DNA of 64,000 nucleotides from Cytophagales bacterium (GTDB lineage Bacteria > Bacteroidota > Bacteroidia > Cytophagales > VRUD01): the NCBI GenBank assembly GCA_019456305.1, contig VRUD01000012.1:3531-67530 (forward strand), given 5' to 3'. Under the pieces are notes generated by a model. The model was not told the origin of the DNA and did no database searches. It worked only from the letters and a program-made list of their open reading frames with translations. Numbering within the stretch: position 1 is the stretch's first letter; each line of letters begins with the position of its first letter. A program made the translations under genes and the position numbers. Of this stretch, positions 52,979 through 62,397 are shown piece after piece.

Positions 52979-53262
52979 GGTAATTCAATGGCAAAGGACA
53001 GTAGACAATAGACAAAAGACAAATAGACAATAAACAAGACAATTGCAATCAAGTTATAATAGAATATTATGTTTAAATTTAAAGAATTAACCGTGTAAAT
53101 ATATTTCTGAAAAAACTAAAAATGATTGGTTTGAAAAAGAACACGAGATTGGTAAAATGTTAAATCATATGATAAATTATCCTGAAAAATATACACGTAA
53201 AAAAAACAATTAATCTATTGTCTTATTGTCCATTGTCTATTGTCTACTACCATTGAATTACT
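52979..53262. mobile_element. inverted-repeat-bounded 284-bp element containing a gene remnant (possible decayed four-helix-bundle/23S-IVS-protein-type cassette)
   Basis: Arms: ggtaattcaatgg + (ACAATAG)n ... (CTATTGT)n + ccattgaattac. The right arm is the reverse complement of 3421-3457. Confidence 0.5.
53091..53213 (+). pseudogene. start-less ORF fragment resembling the C-terminus of a four-helix-bundle (23S rRNA IVS) protein
   Basis: ..YISEKTKNDWFEKEHEIGKMLNHMINYPEKYTRKKNN*. The ..IS...f..l......EIgKMLn.lI.. pattern is from memory of that family. Preceded by an in-frame stop, with no start codon. Confidence 0.35.
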
Positions 53263-53267
53263 ACTGA

Positions 53268-54257
53268 ATGACACCTAAATCAAGGTCTCAAAATAACAAA
53301 TGCACGCTGGTAACCGGCGCTGCAGGATTCCTCGGTTCTCATCTTTGTGACAGGCTTATCAAAGAAGGCTTTCATGTGATCGGGATTGATAACCTGATAA
53401 CGGGCAGCTTAAAAAATATTGAACACCTGTTTCCTTTAAAAGAGTTTGAGTTCTATCATCATGACGTTTCAAAGTTTGTACATATTCCCGGTAACTTAGA
53501 CTATATTCTTCATTTTGCATCCCCGGCCAGCCCGATAGATTACCTGAAAATGCCCATCCAAACGCTTAAAGTCAGTTCATTGGGGACACATCATCTTTTA
53601 GGTCTTGCAAAAGCTAAAAATGCTACGATACTGGTCGCTTCTACATCTGAGGTTTATGGCGATCCGCTTCAGCATCCACAAAGTGAAGACTATTGGGGAA
53701 ATGTCAACCCGATCGGTCCAAGAGGTGTGTATGATGAGGCAAAGCGATTCCAGGAAGCTATTACCATGGCATATCATAGATTTCATAAGATTGATACACG
53801 TATAGCCCGTATTTTTAATACCTACGGGCCAAGAATGAGGCTTGATGACGGACGTGCCCTGCCGGCATTCATAAGCCAGGCAATCAGGGGTGAAGATATT
53901 ACCGTTTTTGGTGACGGCTCACAAACCCGCTCATTTTGTTACGTAGATGACCTGGTAGAAGGGATATTCAGATTACTGATGAGTGATTACGTATATCCTC
54001 TTAACATTGGCAACCCTGATGAAATAACGATCAAAGAATTTGCTGAAGAGATCATTAAATTGGTAGGTGGCAAGTCGGCAAAGATAGTTTATAAGCCATT
54101 ACCTGAAAATGACCCAAAACAGCGAAGGCCTGATATAACCAAAGCCAAAGCCATACTGGGGTGGCAACCAAAGATTTCAAGGAGTGAAGGTTTAAAAATA
54201 ACATTAGAATATTTTAACAAAGTATTGGTTGAAAACATTGAAAAAGTTGGCAGTTAA
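53268..54257 (+). CDS. UDP-glucuronate decarboxylase (UDP-xylose synthase)
   Basis: [17 protein letters not shown]...G..V.G.DN..TG...N..HL; [29 protein letters not shown]; [12 protein letters not shown]...DGR; [14 protein letters not shown]. Confidence 0.9.
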   Translation: MTPKSRSQNNKCTLVTGAAGFLGSHLCDRLIKEGFHVIGIDNLITGSLKNIEHLFPLKEFEFYHHDVSKFVHIPGNLDYILHFASPASPIDYLKMPIQTLKVSSLGTHHLLGLAKAKNATILVASTSEVYGDPLQHPQSEDYWGNVNPIGPRGVYDEAKRFQEAITMAYHRFHKIDTRIARIFNTYGPRMRLDDGRALPAFISQAIRGEDITVFGDGSQTRSFCYVDDLVEGIFRLLMSDYVYPLNIGNPDEITIKEFAEEIIKLVGGKSAKIVYKPLPENDPKQRRPDITKAKAILGWQPKISRSEGLKITLEYFNKVLVENIEKVGS

Positions 54258-54294
54258 CAGTTGACAGCAGACAATTTTGTTAACTGCTTTTATT

Positions 54295-54870
54295 ATGAAC
54301 TATTTTGCCCACGAAACCACAGTAATTGATGAAGGCTGCCAGATAGGTGACGGCACTAAGATCTGGCATTTTTCGCATATTATGCCAGATTGCGTGATAG
54401 GCAAAAACTGTAATATCGGGCAAAATGTAGTTATTTCACCACAAGTTGTCTTGGGTAATAATGTCAAGATACAAAATAATGTGTCGGTTTATACCGGGGT
54501 GACCTGTGAAGATGATGTGTTTTTAGGTCCATCCATGGTTTTTACGAATGTAACCAACCCGAGAAGCGCTGTAAACAGGAAAGAGCAGTACGAAAAAACG
54601 CATGTAGGCAAGGGAGCTACTATCGGAGCCAATACAACCATTATTTGCGGCAATGATATTGGGACTTTTGCGTTTATCGGTGCAGGAGCAGTTGTTACAA
54701 AGGCTGTACCTCCTTATGCCCTGGTAGTAGGAAATCCCGCAAGGCAAATTGGCTGGATGAGTGAATATGGGCACCGGCTGGATTTTGATGGGAATGGGTT
54801 GGCAACTTGCCCTGAAAGTGATGAAAAATACGCTTTGCAAGGTAATGAGGTAACAAAGTTGGCAATTTAA
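54295..54870 (+). CDS. left-handed beta-helix N-acetyltransferase, WbpD-like (acts on a UDP-2-acetamido-3-amino-2,3-dideoxy-hexuronate-type substrate)
   Basis: [27 protein letters not shown]....[11 protein letters not shown]......[36 protein letters not shown]. Confidence 0.8.
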   Translation: MNYFAHETTVIDEGCQIGDGTKIWHFSHIMPDCVIGKNCNIGQNVVISPQVVLGNNVKIQNNVSVYTGVTCEDDVFLGPSMVFTNVTNPRSAVNRKEQYEKTHVGKGATIGANTTIICGNDIGTFAFIGAGAVVTKAVPPYALVVGNPARQIGWMSEYGHRLDFDGNGLATCPESDEKYALQGNEVTKLAI

Positions 54871-54882
54871 GAACATAACTAT

Positions 54883-55038
54883 GAGTCCACTCTAAAAAGT
54901 AAAAAATTGAAAAGAAATCGTTTCTCGCAAAGACGCAAAGTTCGCAAAGGATTGAATATCAATTAGTTAAGTATATAACTTTGCGCTCTTTGTCCCGAGT
55001 ACTCGGGAAGAACCAAAAACACTTTTTAGAGTGGACTC
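54883..55038. repeat. 156-bp element bounded by perfect 18-bp inverted repeats
   Basis: gagtccactctaaaaagt (54883-54900) / actttttagagtggactc (55021-55038). Interior holds cgcaaagacgcaaagttcgcaaagg (compare 12694-12716) and CCGAGTACTCGG (54995-55006). Confidence 0.9.
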
Positions 55039-55157
55039 AACTATATAAATTGATTAAAAAGTAATATAGCCACTAATTATTTCTATAATAAATAAATTCG
55101 TGAAAATTAGTATAATTCGTGGCTAAACATTGAAATTCCGATACTAAAAAATCAGTC

Positions 55158-55724
55158 ATGAGTACATTAAAGCAAAAAAAACTTTTTGAAAGAAATCAAA
55201 GAATCTGTAAACAGATTTTAAGCGGTAAACACCTTACCAAAGTTAATAAAGAATTCGGATTAACCTACACTAGAGTACAACAGATTTTATCTGAAAAATT
55301 CAATATAAGCTATCAGGACATACTCAAAGAAAGAAGGCAAAAATTATTTCAGCATCGCCTTAAATTAATAACTGAAAAAGCTAAAGAATTAGGAAGAATA
55401 CCAACCCGAAGAGAAATGAGCAAAATTTTCGGTATAGTGGGCTCTCGTCATATTTCTTATGCAAAAATTCTAAAACAAAAAGGTTATCAGTACGCAAAAA
55501 AAGGTTCATCATCAAACCGAATAGATGACGAAGCATTATTACAATATCTTAAAGATCTATCCAACCGGCTTGGCAGAACTCCTGGTGCTAAAGATATTAA
55601 CAGGGGCCAAAAATTTTCTCATCTAAGCTATTATAATCATTTTGGCTCTATTACAAAAGCCCAAAAGTTAGCAGGGCTAAAACCCAACAAAAGGGGTTAT
55701 ACTTCAAATATTTTTAAAAAATAA
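55158..55724 (+). CDS. small basic protein with N-terminal HTH-like segment and two homing-endonuclease-associated (HNH_repeat-like) repeats
   Basis: ..KELGRIPTRREMSKIFG.. and ..LSNRLGRTPGAKDIN.......YYNHFGSITKAQKLAGLKP (GRtP...FGSw..A...AGL pattern). Confidence 0.55.
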   Translation: MSTLKQKKLFERNQRICKQILSGKHLTKVNKEFGLTYTRVQQILSEKFNISYQDILKERRQKLFQHRLKLITEKAKELGRIPTRREMSKIFGIVGSRHISYAKILKQKGYQYAKKGSSSNRIDDEALLQYLKDLSNRLGRTPGAKDINRGQKFSHLSYYNHFGSITKAQKLAGLKPNKRGYTSNIFKK

Positions 55725-55725
55725 A

Positions 55726-57015
55726 GTGTACAAAAAATTAATCAATAAAGAATCTTACCTCGCAGTAATAGGCCTTGGCTACGTGGGCTTGCCCATTGCG
55801 CTGGAATTTGCCAAAAAGGTAAAAGTGATCGGCTTTGATATCAACGCTAAAAAAGTGGGCATGATGAAAGATCATGTTGACCCAAGCGGTGAACTTGAAC
55901 CAAAAGCGTTTGAAAATTGCGATATAATTTTTACTCACAACACTGAAGACCTCAAAAAAGCCGCCTTTTACATAGTTGCCGTACCAACACCGATTGATGT
56001 TTATACCATACCTGATCTTAATCCTTTGCTTTCAGCCACCCGTACAGTTGGTAAGGTATTAAAAAAGGGAAACTATGTTGTATATGAATCCACGGTTTAT
56101 CCCGGATGTACCGAAGAGGAGTGCATACCAATTCTTGAACAGGGATCAGGGTTGAAATTTAAAAAGGATTTTAAGGTCGGCTATTCACCTGAAAGGATCA
56201 ACCCGGGTGATAAGGAGCACACATTACCGAATATAATAAAAGTTGTTTCAGGATGTGATAAGGAATCGCTGGAAAATATTGCTAAGATATATGAAATAGT
56301 TGTAAGCGCTGGTATTCATCGTACCTCTTCTATCAAAGTAGCCGAAGCTGCCAAGGTTATTGAGAATACGCAAAGAGATCTCAATATCGCTCTTATGAAC
56401 GAATTGTCAAGGATCTTTGACAGACTCAATATTAATACTTACGAGGTATTGGAGGCAGCCGGAACGAAATGGAATTTTTTAAAATTTGTCCCGGGTTTGG
56501 TGGGGGGGCATTGTATTGGCGTTGATCCTTATTATCTTACATACAAAGCAAAGGAATTAGGGCATAATCCTAAAGTAATTTTAAGCGGTAGGCAGATAAA
56601 TGACGGGATGGGGGCTTTCATTGCTAAAAAAACTGTACAATTAATGATAGAATACGGCAAAGATATTTATAGATCCAAAGTATTGATCATGGGGGTTACT
56701 TTTAAAGAAAATGTGAGCGATATCAGAAATTCAAAAGTCGCTGACATTGTAAATGAACTAATATCTTTTAGCGTTGAAATTGACATTGTTGATCCTCTTG
56801 CATCTTCAGATGAACTAAAGGAGGTATATGGTTTGACATTAGCTAAGAAAATTGGAAAAAATTATGAAGCCATCATCATTGCTGTTAATCATAAAGAATA
56901 TGCTGACCTGAATGAATCCTATTTTCAGTCTATTACCAATAATAATGCTGTGATTGTTGATGTTAAAGGTATTTATAGAAATAAAATTAAGAATTTGACT
57001 TACTGGAGCCTTTAG
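55726..57015 (+). CDS. nucleotide-sugar 6-dehydrogenase (TviB/WbpO/WbpA-like UDP-N-acetyl-hexosamine dehydrogenase)
   Basis: AVIGLGYVGLPIALEFAKK..V.GFDIN..KV; VYESTVYPG.TEE.C.P.LE; GGHCIGVDPYYL. GTG start 1 nt after the preceding stop. Confidence 0.85.
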   Translation: MYKKLINKESYLAVIGLGYVGLPIALEFAKKVKVIGFDINAKKVGMMKDHVDPSGELEPKAFENCDIIFTHNTEDLKKAAFYIVAVPTPIDVYTIPDLNPLLSATRTVGKVLKKGNYVVYESTVYPGCTEEECIPILEQGSGLKFKKDFKVGYSPERINPGDKEHTLPNIIKVVSGCDKESLENIAKIYEIVVSAGIHRTSSIKVAEAAKVIENTQRDLNIALMNELSRIFDRLNINTYEVLEAAGTKWNFLKFVPGLVGGHCIGVDPYYLTYKAKELGHNPKVILSGRQINDGMGAFIAKKTVQLMIEYGKDIYRSKVLIMGVTFKENVSDIRNSKVADIVNELISFSVEIDIVDPLASSDELKEVYGLTLAKKIGKNYEAIIIAVNHKEYADLNESYFQSITNNNAVIVDVKGIYRNKIKNLTYWSL

Positions 57016-57020
57016 AAGAA

Positions 57021-57100
57021 GTTGGCAGTTGGCAGTAGGCAGTTGGCAGCAGGCAGTTGGCATAGGGTAGAAGATGGTAATACGGTAATACGGTAATATG
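57021..57100. repeat. tandem heptamer array (GTTGGCA-type x6) followed by (GGTAATAC)x3
   Basis: gttggca gttggca gtaggca gttggca gcaggca gttggca; ggtaatacggtaatacggtaatatgg. Confidence 0.9.
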
Positions 57101-57158
57101 GCATTTTGAAATATTAATATTTTGATATATAAACCTTTTTTTATCCAAATTCGATTTT

Positions 57159-58199
57159 TTGTCAAATAAAAAAAAAATACTCGTAACAGGAGGAGCGGGC
57201 TTTATAGGTTCTCATACAGTAGTGGAATTATTTAATGCCGGTTATCAACCCATTATTATAGACAATTTTGTTAATTCCAGTCCTTATGTTCTGGAAGCGC
57301 TGGAAAAGATACTTGGCGAGCAGGTAAAGTGTCACAAAATTGATTGTTGTGATGATGGTGCATTGGCTAAAGTTTTTTCTTCTGAAGAAAATTTTTTCGG
57401 GGTTATTCATTTTGCTGCCTATAAAGCTGTAGGAGAATCTGTAGAAGAGCCGTTAAAATATTACAAAAATAATATTGGCTCAACCGTGGCTTTACTGCAG
57501 GCAATGCTAAAGTACAATATTAATAACCTGGTTTATTCTTCATCCTGCACGGTTTATGGCCAACCGGAAAAAAACCCTGTCAATGAGGAGTCACCTGTTA
57601 TCCCGGCAGAGTCACCTTATGGAAAGACCAAACAGATATGTGAAGAAATTATACGAGACGCGATTAATGCTGTAAATCAGATTAGCAATCCAACCTTCAA
57701 AGCAATTTCATTAAGGTATTTTAACCCTATCGGAGCACATCAATCGGCTCTTTTGGGTGAGCTGCCCCTTGATGTTCCAAATAATCTTGTGCCTTACATC
57801 ACCCAAACCGCTGCAGGGACCAGAAAAGAATTAACAGTGTTTGGGAATGATTATGACACCCCGGACGGTAGTTGTATCAGGGATTATATCCATGTGGTTG
57901 ACCTGGCAATTGCTCATGTAAAAGCAATAGAATTTCATAATAATACAGGGTACGAAGTTTTTAATATCGGTACAGGAAATGGCAATAGTGTGCTGGAAGT
58001 TGTTGAAACCTTTGAAAAAGTTACAGGCTTAAATCTAAAGTATAAGATAGGAAAAAGGAGGCAAGGTGATATTACTAAAATTTATGCTGAAGTTAATAAA
58101 GCCAAAAAAGTTTTGGGCTGGGAAACTAAATTAACGCTTGAAGATGCTTTGAGAGATGCGTGGAATTGGCAGTTACAATTAAAGAATATAAAAATTTAA
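57159..58199 (+). CDS. galE: UDP-glucose 4-epimerase
   Basis: KILVTGGAGFIGSH.V.EL...G....I.DN..NS; SSSCTVYG.P...P..E; PYG.TK...E; RYFNP.GAH.S. Apparent TTG start; no in-frame ATG upstream of the Rossmann motif. Confidence 0.85.
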   Translation: MSNKKKILVTGGAGFIGSHTVVELFNAGYQPIIIDNFVNSSPYVLEALEKILGEQVKCHKIDCCDDGALAKVFSSEENFFGVIHFAAYKAVGESVEEPLKYYKNNIGSTVALLQAMLKYNINNLVYSSSCTVYGQPEKNPVNEESPVIPAESPYGKTKQICEEIIRDAINAVNQISNPTFKAISLRYFNPIGAHQSALLGELPLDVPNNLVPYITQTAAGTRKELTVFGNDYDTPDGSCIRDYIHVVDLAIAHVKAIEFHNNTGYEVFNIGTGNGNSVLEVVETFEKVTGLNLKYKIGKRRQGDITKIYAEVNKAKKVLGWETKLTLEDALRDAWNWQLQLKNIKI

Positions 58200-58202
58200 A
58201 CT

Positions 58203-59300
58203 TTGGAAAAAAATATTCTAATTACCGGAGGTGCAGGTTTCATCGGCTCGCACGTAGTAAAACTGTTTGTCAATAAATATCCTCACTACAAGATATTTAA
58301 CCTGGACAAGCTTACATACGCTGGTAATCTTGCCAACCTTAAAGATATTGAAGAAGTACCCAATTACACATTCATTAAAGGCGATATAGCTGAACCTTCT
58401 TTTATTGATGGCCTGTTTGGTAAATATAAGTTTAATTCAATTATTCATTTAGCGGCCGAGTCCCATGTTGACAGATCTATCGTCAGCCCGATGGATTTTA
58501 TTCAAACAAACATCATCGGGACAGTGAATCTGTTAAATGCAGCAAGGCAAATATGGGAGAAATACTCCACTATTAGCCAAAACCTTGAATCAAAAACCCG
58601 GAACCCGAAACCCGAAACCCGAAACTTGTTCTATCATATTTCCACAGATGAAGTCTACGGATCATTAGATGATAGCGGATTTTTCATTGAATCTACTCCT
58701 TACGATCCCCGTTCACCCTACTCTGCTTCAAAAGCCAGCTCTGACCATTTTGTAAGGGCTTATCATAATACCTATAAATTGCCGTTCGTGATCTCCAATT
58801 GCTCTAATAATTACGGACCTAACCAGTTTCCTGAAAAGCTAATTCCACTATGCATCAATAACATTAAGAATAATAAACCGCTTCCAATTTATGGTAGGGG
58901 TGAAAATATACGTGACTGGCTATATGTTGAAGACCATGCAAGGGCGATTGATTTGATTTTCCATAAAGGCAATGTTGGAGATACCTATAATGTAGGTGGT
59001 GTAAATGAGTGGAAAAATATTGACCTGATCAGGCTTCTTTGCAGGATAATGGATAAAAAGACCGGACGGCCTGCAGGAAGTTGTGGCAGTCTGATCACTT
59101 TTGTAAAAGACCGTCAGGGGCATGACCTTCGCTACGCTATTGATGCTTCTAAAATCATGAATGAATTGGGGTGGAAACCATCTCTGAAATTTGAAGCAGG
59201 CCTTGAAAAAACGGTTGACTGGTATTTAGCAAATCAGCAGTGGCTGGAGAGTGTTACTTCAGGCGCTTATCAGAAGTATTACCAGGAGCAATATGGGTAG
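58203..59300 (+). CDS. rfbB: dTDP-glucose 4,6-dehydratase, with an in-frame heptamer-repeat insertion
   Basis: ILITGGAGFIGSH.V......YP.Y.I.NLDKLTYAGNL.NL; HLAAESHVDRSI; HISTDEVYGSL; PYSASKASSDH.VRAY; SNCSNNYGP.QFPEKLIP. Apparent TTG start. Repeat at 58594-58625. Confidence 0.9.
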   Translation: MEKNILITGGAGFIGSHVVKLFVNKYPHYKIFNLDKLTYAGNLANLKDIEEVPNYTFIKGDIAEPSFIDGLFGKYKFNSIIHLAAESHVDRSIVSPMDFIQTNIIGTVNLLNAARQIWEKYSTISQNLESKTRNPKPETRNLFYHISTDEVYGSLDDSGFFIESTPYDPRSPYSASKASSDHFVRAYHNTYKLPFVISNCSNNYGPNQFPEKLIPLCINNIKNNKPLPIYGRGENIRDWLYVEDHARAIDLIFHKGNVGDTYNVGGVNEWKNIDLIRLLCRIMDKKTGRPAGSCGSLITFVKDRQGHDLRYAIDASKIMNELGWKPSLKFEAGLEKTVDWYLANQQWLESVTSGAYQKYYQEQYG

Positions 59301-59508
59301 TAAGTAGACAGTAGACAGTAGACAGTAGACAATTGACAAAAAAAAGAGACAGCAGGGAATGGCTTATAGTTTTAACTGTGACTATTTACTAATTTACAAT
59401 ATCTAATTTTCCACATGAGCCTGAAGAAATTCAGGTTTATAAATTCAATAATTCAACTTTAAATTCGTATATTCGCATATAAGATTATATAAATATAAAA
59501 ACATTTTG

Positions 59509-59516
59509 TAATTTTG
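59509..59516 (+). promoter_or_regulatory. candidate -7 promoter box for sucA
   Basis: TAATTTTG, 27 nt upstream of ATG 59543. Confidence 0.35.
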
Positions 59517-59542
59517 TAATCTGTGTAAACTTGTTTATTAAC

Positions 59543-62278
59543 ATGGACAACTTTTCTTACATTTCAAATGCCGACCCATCCTATATTGATGTGCTTTACA
59601 AAAATTACCGTGAAGACCCCCATTCAGTGGATATTAGCTGGAAAAAATTCTTTGAGGGATATGATTTTTCATTAGCGAAATATGGAGATAACGGTGGGTC
59701 AACAGTGGCCGCAGAAGTTCCGGAAACATTTCTTAAAGAAGCAAATGTTTTAAACCTGATCAGGGCTTACAGACAACGAGGGCATCTGTTTACCAAAACC
59801 AATCCAGTCAGGGAACGAAGGGAGTATAAGCCAACCCTTGAATTGCATAATTTCAATTTATCTGATGAAGACCTGGACACTGTTTTCCAGGCAGGTGTGA
59901 ATATTGGAATTGGCCCCGCAAAATTGAGCCATATCATTGCGCATCTTCAGCAAACCTATTGCCAGTCAGTTGGCGCTGAGTATATGTTTGTTCGTAAACC
60001 GGAGGTGGTAGAATGGCTGCGGGAAAAAATGGAAACCACTAAAAATACGCCCGACTTTTCAATAGACGAGAAGAAGCATATCCTCCGTAAATTAAATGAA
60101 GCGGTTGCCTTTGAACAATTCCTGCACACTAAATTTGTAGGTCAAAAGAGGTTTTCATTAGAGGGCTGTGAAACCATTATTCCTGCTTTAGACGCAGTGA
60201 TACAAAAAGGAAGTGACCTTGGCATTGAAGAATTTGTGATCGGAATGGCACATCGAGGCAGGTTAAATGTGCTTGCAAATACATTGCATAAATCTTACGA
60301 AGAAATTTTTGACGAATTTGAAAGCAGGGCCTACGAAGATACCTTATTTGACGGTGATGTTAAATACCACATGGGATTTTCAAGCGATGTAACTATGGCA
60401 TCGGGTAAAAAAGTTCACCTTTGCCTTGCAGCCAATCCTTCTCACCTGGAAGCTGTGGATCCTGTTGTTGAAGGTATGACACGTGCAAAATTAGATGTTA
60501 AATATGATTATGACAGCAACAGAATAGCCCCGATCCTGATACATGGCGATGCTTCCATAGCAGGCCAGGGCGTAGTATATGAAGTGCTCCAAATGTCTCA
60601 ATTGGATGGCTATAAAACAGGCGGTACGATACATATTGTAATTAATAACCAGATCGGTTTCACGACAAATTATTTAGATACGCGGTCAAGCACTTATTGC
60701 ACTGACCTGGCAAAGGTTACACAATCACCGGTGTTTCATGTCAATGCCGATGATGTTGAAGCTATTGTATTTACCATACAATTAGCCATGGAATTCAGGC
60801 AAAAATTTCACCGCGATGTTTTTATTGACTTGTTAGGATATAGAAAACATGGACACAACGAAAGCGATGAGCCTAAATTTACACAGCCTCTTTTTTATAA
60901 AGCAATTGCAAAACATCCCAATCCCAAAGAAATATACAAGCAAAAACTGAAAGAAAATGGAAACTTTGACGCTTCTATAGCCCAGGAAATAGAGGCAGAA
61001 TTTAAAAATTTGCTGCAGAAAAAATTAGACAAGGTAAAGACCCGGAAACCTGGGGTGACAAAGGTTGAAAAAACCTTAAACGCACAATGGTCGAATTTAA
61101 GAATATCCGAAGAAAAAGATTTTGAAAAATCTCCGGGTACTGGGGTAGATAAGAAGATACTTAATAGGATTGGCATGAAAATGCTGGAAATCCCTTCTGA
61201 AATTAAAGTATTTAAAAAAATTGAGAAGCTGTTTGAAGAGCGAAAAAATATGATCAGGGAAGGCAAGTTAGATTGGGCATTGGGAGAACTATTGGCCTAT
61301 GGTACGCTGGTGGATGAAGGATACCAGGTTAGATTTAGCGGACAGGATGTAGAAAGAGGTACTTTTTCACATCGCCATGCGGTTGTAAAATTAGAGGATT
61401 CCGATGAGGAATATATTCCTTTGCAATATATCAGTGTTAAACAAGCTCCATTCAAAATTCATAATTCATTGCTTTCTGAATATGCTGTATTGGGTTTTGA
61501 ATACGGATATTCAAGCGTTTCTCCTAACTGTTTGGTGATCTGGGAGGCACAGTTTGGAGATTTTGCCAATGGCGCTCAGATCATCATTGATCAATTTATC
61601 AGCAGCGCTGAAGACAAATGGATGAGACAAAATGGATTAACCATGTTTTTGCCCCACGGCTATGAAGGCCAGGGCTCTGAACATTCAAGCGCTCGTTTGG
61701 AACGGTTCCTTTCACTTTGTGCAGAAGACAATATGCAGATCGTCAATTGCACAACGCCCGCCAATTTCTTCCATGTGCTGCGCAGGCAAATGCACCGGGA
61801 ATTTCGTAAACCAACCATTGTTTTTACGCCTAAAAGTTTGTTACGTCATCCTCGGTGTGTTTCTAAAATTGATGAATTTACAAAAAACGGGTTTAAAGAA
61901 GTAATAGATGATGATCTGATCAATAAGGATAAGGTTAAAAAAGTATTATTCTGCAATGGAAAAATATACTATGACCTGCTTTCGAAAAGAAGCGATTTAA
62001 AAATAAAGGATGTGGCCTTAATTAGAATAGAGCAACTGTATCCTTTCCCGCTGAAGCAATTGAAAACTATCATAACCACCTATAAAGCTGTAAAAGAGTG
62101 GTTCTGGGTGCAGGAAGAACCTGAAAATATGGGAGCGTGGTCGTTTTTGTTAAGAACTTTTAAGGAAGTTGATTTGCAATTGATCTCAAGGCATGAAAGT
62201 GCAAGTCCGGCTACAGGTTCCAGTAAGCAGCATGCGATGCAGCAGGAAGAGATTTTGGAAAAAGCGCTGAATGGTTAA
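59543..62278 (+). CDS. sucA: 2-oxoglutarate dehydrogenase E1 component
   Basis: NADPSYID.LY..Y..DP.SVD..W..FF; G.KRFSLEG.E..IP; MAHRGRLNVLAN; GDA..AGQGVVYE; LLPHGYEGQGPEHSSAR-like LPHGYEGQGSEHSSARLERFL. Confidence 0.95.
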   Translation: MDNFSYISNADPSYIDVLYKNYREDPHSVDISWKKFFEGYDFSLAKYGDNGGSTVAAEVPETFLKEANVLNLIRAYRQRGHLFTKTNPVRERREYKPTLELHNFNLSDEDLDTVFQAGVNIGIGPAKLSHIIAHLQQTYCQSVGAEYMFVRKPEVVEWLREKMETTKNTPDFSIDEKKHILRKLNEAVAFEQFLHTKFVGQKRFSLEGCETIIPALDAVIQKGSDLGIEEFVIGMAHRGRLNVLANTLHKSYEEIFDEFESRAYEDTLFDGDVKYHMGFSSDVTMASGKKVHLCLAANPSHLEAVDPVVEGMTRAKLDVKYDYDSNRIAPILIHGDASIAGQGVVYEVLQMSQLDGYKTGGTIHIVINNQIGFTTNYLDTRSSTYCTDLAKVTQSPVFHVNADDVEAIVFTIQLAMEFRQKFHRDVFIDLLGYRKHGHNESDEPKFTQPLFYKAIAKHPNPKEIYKQKLKENGNFDASIAQEIEAEFKNLLQKKLDKVKTRKPGVTKVEKTLNAQWSNLRISEEKDFEKSPGTGVDKKILNRIGMKMLEIPSEIKVFKKIEKLFEERKNMIREGKLDWALGELLAYGTLVDEGYQVRFSGQDVERGTFSHRHAVVKLEDSDEEYIPLQYISVKQAPFKIHNSLLSEYAVLGFEYGYSSVSPNCLVIWEAQFGDFANGAQIIIDQFISSAEDKWMRQNGLTMFLPHGYEGQGSEHSSARLERFLSLCAEDNMQIVNCTTPANFFHVLRRQMHREFRKPTIVFTPKSLLRHPRCVSKIDEFTKNGFKEVIDDDLINKDKVKKVLFCNGKIYYDLLSKRSDLKIKDVALIRIEQLYPFPLKQLKTIITTYKAVKEWFWVQEEPENMGAWSFLLRTFKEVDLQLISRHESASPATGSSKQHAMQQEEILEKALNG

Positions 62279-62287
62279 AAAAGCATT

Positions 62288-62378
62288 AGGGCATCTCTAA
62301 AAACTACATATTTTTTAAAACACACCCCTTGCCCCTCTTGATAGAGGGGAATGTATGGTGTAGTTTTTAGAGATGCCC
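62288..62378. repeat. nested-hairpin element, copy B, in the sucA-sucB spacer
   Basis: 90/91 identical to 961..1052 (single a/g difference). Confidence 0.95.
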
Positions 62379-62397
62379 ATTATTTAATAAAAAAACT

